Assembly (NCBI GenBank): GCA_037442825.1
Contig: JBBIPN010000036.1
Location: 1 to 13,754 of the forward strand
Direction: 5' to 3'
Length of the DNA stretch: 13,754 nt
DNA from: Sulfurihydrogenibium sp.
GTDB taxonomy: Bacteria > Aquificota > Aquificia > Aquificales > Hydrogenothermaceae
Below, in pieces: positions 9,170 to 13,754 of this stretch. Position numbers and translations under genes: made by a program. Each line of letters starts with the position of its first letter. Position 1 is the stretch's first letter. Under the pieces are notes generated by a model that searched no databases, was not told the DNA's origin, and saw nothing but the letters and a program-made list of their open reading frames with translations.

Positions 9170-10210
9170 CTATTTTCTAACAGACAGTTCTTTAACACAA
9201 TCTACTAAAAATTTCACGTTGTCAACACTCATATCAGGTATAAGTCCATGTCCTAAATTAAATATATGCCCTGAATCTTGCCCCCAAGATTTTATAATAT
9301 AATCTACTTCTTTTTTAATAACAGATTTATCAGCGTATAGAATGTATGGGTCTAAATTTCCTTGTACACTTGCTTTTGGATATATTTTCTCTTTTGCTTT
9401 TTTTATATCTACCATCCAATCTATACTGTAAACATCAGCTTCTGACTCTATAATAAAATCTAAAAATCCACATATTCCTTTTGTAAAATGTACTATTGGT
9501 TTGTTGTAAGGTTTTAGTTTAGATATTATTTTTTTAATATGAGGCATTACAAATTCGTTATAGGCTCTTGGTGATAGATGACCAGCCCAGCTATCAAACA
9601 ACTGAACAGCATCAGCACCAGATTCTATTTGAAAAGATAGATAATCTACAGTCATATCAGATATTTTTTCCATTAATTTTTTAAATGTTTCTGGGTTGTT
9701 GTACATAAATGTTTTTGTTTTTTTGAAATCTTTAGAACCTCTTCCTTCGATCATATATGCAGCTACTGTAAATGGTGCTCCTGCAAAACCTATCACTGGT
9801 ATTTCTCTATTTAATATCGTGTTTACACCTTTTATTATCTCTCCTACAAAATAAACATCTTCTTTATTAAATGGTTTTAGATTTTCTATATCTGATTCAC
9901 CTTTTATAGGATTCTCAAAAACTGGACCTTCCCCTTCCTTAAAATCAAATTTCATTCCTATAGATTCTAAAGGTGTTAAAATATCTGAAAATATTATTAT
10001 TGCATCTATATCTAATATTTTTTTAGGAAGTACTGAAGCTTCAACTGCTAACTCTACATTTTTATAAAACTTTTTAAAACTCCCTGCCTTTTCTCTTAAA
10101 TCTCTGTATTCTTTCATATACCTACCAGCTTGTCTCATAAGCCAGATAGGTGTTCTTTCTATAGGTTTATTTTTGCAAGCTCTTAAAAATAGGTCATTTT
10201 TAATTTCCAT
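9170..10210 (-). CDS. hemE: Uroporphyrinogen decarboxylase
   Basis: TPIWLMRQAGRYMKEY, AIIIFSDIL, IGFAGAPFT, YMIEG, QLFDSWAG, QGNLDP, HIFNLGHG. SD GGAG lies 6 nt upstream. Confidence 0.98.
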   Translation of the reverse strand: MEIKNDLFLRACKNKPIERTPIWLMRQAGRYMKEYRDLREKAGSFKKFYKNVELAVEASVLPKKILDIDAIIIFSDILTPLESIGMKFDFKEGEGPVFENPIKGESDIENLKPFNKEDVYFVGEIIKGVNTILNREIPVIGFAGAPFTVAAYMIEGRGSKDFKKTKTFMYNNPETFKKLMEKISDMTVDYLSFQIESGADAVQLFDSWAGHLSPRAYNEFVMPHIKKIISKLKPYNKPIVHFTKGICGFLDFIIESEADVYSIDWMVDIKKAKEKIYPKASVQGNLDPYILYADKSVIKKEVDYIIKSWGQDSGHIFNLGHGLIPDMSVDNVKFLVDCVKELSVRK

Positions 10211-10487
10211 TGGTTTCTCCGTATATGTATTCTTTTAAAGCTTTCTTTAAAAATTTTCCTGGTTTAAAATTCACAGTTTTAGAATAACTTATTCTTTTTT
10301 TACCTTTCAATGGTTTTTTTCTTTTTAAAACTCTAAAAGAACCTATCTTCCTAATCTCAATATTTTCTCCTTTTACCAATCCTTCTATCATCTTTTCAAA
10401 TATTTCATCGACAACAAACTTTATATCTTTTAGGTCATAACGGGGATATTTACTTTTTATATGTTTAACTATATCTGACTTCTTCAA
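10200..10487 (-). CDS. HU/IHF-family DNA-binding protein, IHF-beta-like and divergent (TTG start)
   Basis: MKKSDIV...GENIEIRKIGSF...VNFKPGKFLK matches the IHF-beta pattern (MTKSELI...GERIEIRGFGSF...PHFKPGKEL). The TTG start overlaps the ileS stop (TTGA), and an SD GGAGG lies inside the ileS end. Confidence 0.8.
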   Translation of the reverse strand: MKKSDIVKHIKSKYPRYDLKDIKFVVDEIFEKMIEGLVKGENIEIRKIGSFRVLKRKKPLKGKKRISYSKTVNFKPGKFLKKALKEYIYGETNGN

Positions 10488-13297
10488 GTTAGCTCCTCCA
10501 GATTAATATTCATAATTTCAAGCTGAGATTTACATCTATCGCAAACTTTTTGATTTTCACTTACTGATTCATCGTATATCCAGCATCTTGGACATTTCTC
10601 ACCTTTAGCTTTCGTTATAGCTACAACTGCATTTTTAACACTTCCCCCTTCTATTATTACATCCCCAACTGGATTGTCAGAAAGTTCTACTTGGCTAACT
10701 GTAAAGAAGTATTTTATCCAGTTTAATCTTTCTTTTACAAGATTATTGTAGTTTTCTGGAAGTTTTAATATAACTCTTGCTTCGTATGGGTGTCTTACTA
10801 AGTCTTTCTTTCTTGCTTCTTCAATACCTTTTAAAACATCATCTCTTATATCTAAAAGTTTATCATATACTTTTTCAAGTTTTGTATCTATATAATCTTC
10901 ATTTACTGTAGGTAGTAGTTCAAGATGTATACTTTCTTTTAAAGATGGATCTATCTGTCTTACATACTGCCATACTTCTTCAGCTGTAAATGATATTATA
11001 GGTGCAAGTATTTTATTTAAAGATAAAAGTAGTTCCCATAAAACTGTTTGTGCTGACTTTCTTTCTAACGAATTTGGAGCGTACACATATAACCTATCTT
11101 TTAAAATATCAAGGTATATAGCAGAAAGTGACGTTATAACAAAGCTTTTTATAGTATGGTAAATTTTATGAAACTTTCCTTCTTCGTAAGATTTATCTGC
11201 TATCTGTATAATATTTTGAAATTTAGATAGTATCCATCTATCAATTTCTAAAAGATCTTTATAATTTACATAATCAGACTTAGGATTAAAATCATAAAGG
11301 TTACCTAAGAAAAATCTAAATGTATTTCTTATTTTTCTGTAGTCTTCAGCTATTGTTTTAATAAGGTTAAAACCTATCTTAATATCTTCTGTATAGTCTT
11401 CTGTAACTACCCAAAGTCTTAATATATCAGCTCCATAATCTTTTATTACTTTTTCAGGTGCTACTACATTTCCGGCAGATTTTGACATTTTTCTGCCTTT
11501 TTCATCTAACGTAAAACCATGTGTTAATACAGAGTTGTAAGGAGCTACTGAGTAAGACGCTACTGATTCAAGAAGTGAAGACTGAAACCAACCTCTATGT
11601 TGATCAGAACCTTCAAGGTACATATCAGCTGGCCATCTAAGTTCTTCCCATTCTCCATGTTTTAAAACAGCACTATGGGATACACCAGAATCAAACCAAA
11701 CATCTAATATATCTTCTTCTTTTCTAAATTTATTGGAACCACATTTTTTACATTTATAACCTTTTGGTAAAAGTTCTTCTGCTGTTTTTTCAAACCAAAT
11801 ATCAGCACCAAATTCGTTATTTCTAAGAAGGTTTGATATATGTTGAAAAACTTCTATATCCTTAACAATATCTCCACAATCTTCACAGTAAAATACAGCA
11901 ATAGGTACCCCCCAGCTTCTCTGTCTTGATATACACCAATCTGGTCTATTTTCTACCATACTTTTTATTCTATTTTGACCGTATGAAGGAATCCACTTAA
12001 CTCTTTCTATCTCTTTTAATGCTTTTCCTCTAAGTGTTAAACCTTCTTCAACTATAGCATCCATAGATATAAACCACTGTGGTGTAGCTCTAAATATAAC
12101 AGGATTTTTACATCTCCAGCAGTGTGGATATGAGTGGTTTATCATTTCTTTGTGTATTAAAGCACCCACTTCTTCCAATTTTTGTATTATTAAATTATTT
12201 GCTTCAAAAACTTTAATATTTTGTAACCAAGAAGGAGCTTCTTTTGTAAATTTTCCCTCATCATCTACTGGTGCAAATGCTTCTACTCCATACCTTTGAC
12301 CTATTATATAGTCTTCTTGACCATGTCCTGGAGCCATATGTACAAGTCCTGTTCCTGTTCCAAGCTCAACAAACTCTGAAAGATAAACCTTAGAAACTCT
12401 ATCTATAAATGGATGATAATACTCTTTAAACTCTAAATCTCTACCTTTAACTTCTTTTACAATCTCTCCAGTTAAACCTGTTTTTTCCAAAAATTGATTT
12501 ACAAGTTCTTTTGCAACAACAACAGCTCCTTTTTCTGTTTTTAGATAAACATAATTAAACTCTGGATTTACCATAACACCAAGGTTTGCAGGTAATGTCC
12601 AAGGTGTAGTTGTCCATATAACAAGAAAAGCGTCCTCATCTAAAAGTTTAAATTTTACATATACAGAAGGATCTTTTTTGTCATAGTATTCTACTTCTGC
12701 TTCAGCTTCTGCTGTTTTATCGTATATGCACCAATAAACAGGTTTTTTCCCTCTATATGCTATCCCTTTCTCAAAAATTCTTCCAAGTTCTAAAATTTCT
12801 TGAGCCTGATAAGAAGGTCTCATTGTTAGATATGGTTTTTCCCAATTACCAATAATACCAAGTCTTTTAAACTCTTCCTTTTGGATATTAACAAACTTTA
12901 AAGCATACTCTCTACAAAGTTTTCTAAACTGAGATTTAGATAGATCTTCTTTTTTTATTTTCTTTTCTTTTAACTCTTTTTCTACTTGTTGTTCTATTGG
13001 AAGTCCATGACAGTCCCATCCAGGCACAAAAGGTGCATCTTTATCTTTCATAGATTGGTATTTTACTAAGATATCTTTTAAAATTTTATTAAGTGCATGA
13101 CCTATATGTATATGTCCATTTGCGTAAGGTGGTCCATCATGAAGAATATATTTTTCTTTTCCTTTTCTTTCATCTCTAAGTTTATTATAAAGATTTAATT
13201 TTTCCCAAAAAGATAATATTTCAGGTTCTTTATTTGGTAAATTTCCCTTCATTGGAAAGTCTGTTTTTGGCAAGTTAAGTGTATCTTTAAATTCCAA
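10484..13297 (-). CDS. ileS: Isoleucine--tRNA ligase, bacterial type 1 (TTG start)
   Basis: LHDGPPYANGHIHIGH (HIGH), PGWDCHGLPIE, editing-domain WTTTPWT and GTGLVHMAPGHGQEDY, DWCISRQRSWG, YLEGSDQHRGWF, KMSKS, and C-terminal Zn finger CPRCW...CDRC. TTG at 13297-13295 with SD GGAGG at 13311-13307. Confidence 0.98.
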   Translation of the reverse strand: MEFKDTLNLPKTDFPMKGNLPNKEPEILSFWEKLNLYNKLRDERKGKEKYILHDGPPYANGHIHIGHALNKILKDILVKYQSMKDKDAPFVPGWDCHGLPIEQQVEKELKEKKIKKEDLSKSQFRKLCREYALKFVNIQKEEFKRLGIIGNWEKPYLTMRPSYQAQEILELGRIFEKGIAYRGKKPVYWCIYDKTAEAEAEVEYYDKKDPSVYVKFKLLDEDAFLVIWTTTPWTLPANLGVMVNPEFNYVYLKTEKGAVVVAKELVNQFLEKTGLTGEIVKEVKGRDLEFKEYYHPFIDRVSKVYLSEFVELGTGTGLVHMAPGHGQEDYIIGQRYGVEAFAPVDDEGKFTKEAPSWLQNIKVFEANNLIIQKLEEVGALIHKEMINHSYPHCWRCKNPVIFRATPQWFISMDAIVEEGLTLRGKALKEIERVKWIPSYGQNRIKSMVENRPDWCISRQRSWGVPIAVFYCEDCGDIVKDIEVFQHISNLLRNNEFGADIWFEKTAEELLPKGYKCKKCGSNKFRKEEDILDVWFDSGVSHSAVLKHGEWEELRWPADMYLEGSDQHRGWFQSSLLESVASYSVAPYNSVLTHGFTLDEKGRKMSKSAGNVVAPEKVIKDYGADILRLWVVTEDYTEDIKIGFNLIKTIAEDYRKIRNTFRFFLGNLYDFNPKSDYVNYKDLLEIDRWILSKFQNIIQIADKSYEEGKFHKIYHTIKSFVITSLSAIYLDILKDRLYVYAPNSLERKSAQTVLWELLLSLNKILAPIISFTAEEVWQYVRQIDPSLKESIHLELLPTVNEDYIDTKLEKVYDKLLDIRDDVLKGIEEARKKDLVRHPYEARVILKLPENYNNLVKERLNWIKYFFTVSQVELSDNPVGDVIIEGGSVKNAVVAITKAKGEKCPRCWIYDESVSENQKVCDRCKSQLEIMNINLEELT

Positions 13298-13333
13298 ACT
13301 GATAAACCTCCAAAGAGATATTTTAAAAATATT

Positions 13334-13342
13334 ATTATAACA
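13334..13342 (-). promoter_or_regulatory. Putative extended -10 sigma70 promoter for ileS and the downstream minus-strand genes
   Basis: The minus strand reads TGTTATAAT (TGnTATAAT consensus) about 36 nt upstream of the ileS TTG and upstream of its SD. The -35 is poor. Confidence 0.6.
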
Positions 13343-13363
13343 TTAAAAAACAATTAAAAACTA

Positions 13364-13393
13364 TTGACAAATTATATTTATTAGGTTTAAACT
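13364..13393 (+). promoter_or_regulatory. Putative sigma70 promoter for the HU gene
   Basis: Perfect TTGACA at 13364-13369, an 18-nt spacer, TAAACT at 13388-13393, and an A-rich tract upstream. Confidence 0.6.
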
Positions 13394-13425
13394 TTATATT
13401 GACAATTTAAAAAGGGGGTCCTTAC

Positions 13426-13704
13426 ATGACAAAAGCAGAATTAATTTCAAAAGTAGCTACTACTGCTGGATTAAAGAAAGCAGAATCTGAAAGAGCTGTA
13501 AATGCTGCGATTGATGCATTGGTACAAGCTCTCTCAAAAGGTGAGAGAACAGCTATCCCTGGTCTTGGTGTATTCAATGTAAAACAAAGAAAAGCAAGAA
13601 AAGGAAGAAACCCAAGAACTGGAAAAGAAATCAAGATACCAGCAAGAAAAGTTGTTTCATTTACACCTGCTAAATCTTTAAAAGAATCAGTCAACAAGAA
13701 ATAA
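13426..13704 (+). CDS. hup: DNA-binding protein HU
   Basis: MTKAELISKVA, GLGVFNVKQRKARKGRNPRTGKEIKIPARKVVSFTPAKSLKESV is a canonical HU with an intact RNP arm tip. A G-rich SD (AAGGGGGT) lies upstream. Confidence 0.97.
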   Translation: MTKAELISKVATTAGLKKAESERAVNAAIDALVQALSKGERTAIPGLGVFNVKQRKARKGRNPRTGKEIKIPARKVVSFTPAKSLKESVNKK

Positions 13705-13710
13705 TATTTG

Positions 13711-13733
13711 AGGGGGCTTTAAGCCCCTAATTT
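13711..13733 (+). terminator. Probable intrinsic terminator of hup
   Basis: GC-rich stem GGGGCT (13713-13718) / AGCCCC (13722-13727) with a short loop, just after the stop codon, followed by TAATTT. Confidence 0.7.
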
Positions 13734-13754
13734 ACAAAAATAAAATTATACTTT

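Noticed and set aside
12690..12735. IleRS segment WCIYDKTAEAEAEVEY differing from the more common CxxC-TALAEAE
   Set aside because: It is in frame and probably lineage-level variation. All catalytic and editing motifs are intact.
13422..13697. 91-aa minus-strand ORF mirroring hup
   Set aside because: It is an antisense shadow of the conserved HU gene, with no recognisable domain of its own.

Overview
A gene-dense, AT-rich bacterial housekeeping region. The protein sequences and the shuffled gene order suggest a thermophilic Aquificota member (Hydrogenothermaceae/Sulfurihydrogenibium-like), which is my inference and not a database result. The plus strand carries the 3' part of hemB, a stand-alone PolI-type 5'-3' exonuclease/flap endonuclease, nth and a DHH/DHHA1 nanoRNase (NrnA-like). 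A 301-bp spacer of about 19% GC follows. A tightly packed minus-strand run comes next: ileS, an IHF/HU-like gene, hemE, smpB, pyrG, acs, hslU and a stand-alone Lrp/AsnC (RAM) domain gene. It diverges from a canonical HU gene that ends in a terminator hairpin. I found no mobile element, RNA gene or multi-repeat CRISPR array. The best leads are: (1) the stand-alone 5' nuclease ends in a beta-clamp-like motif (QKSLF) and is translationally coupled to nth; (2) an IHF-beta-like protein has a shortened DNA-binding arm; (3) an HTH-less RAM protein sits directly behind an hslU with no adjacent hslV; (4) an orphan extended -10 promoter lies in the convergent spacer. None of these demonstrates a new system on sequence alone.
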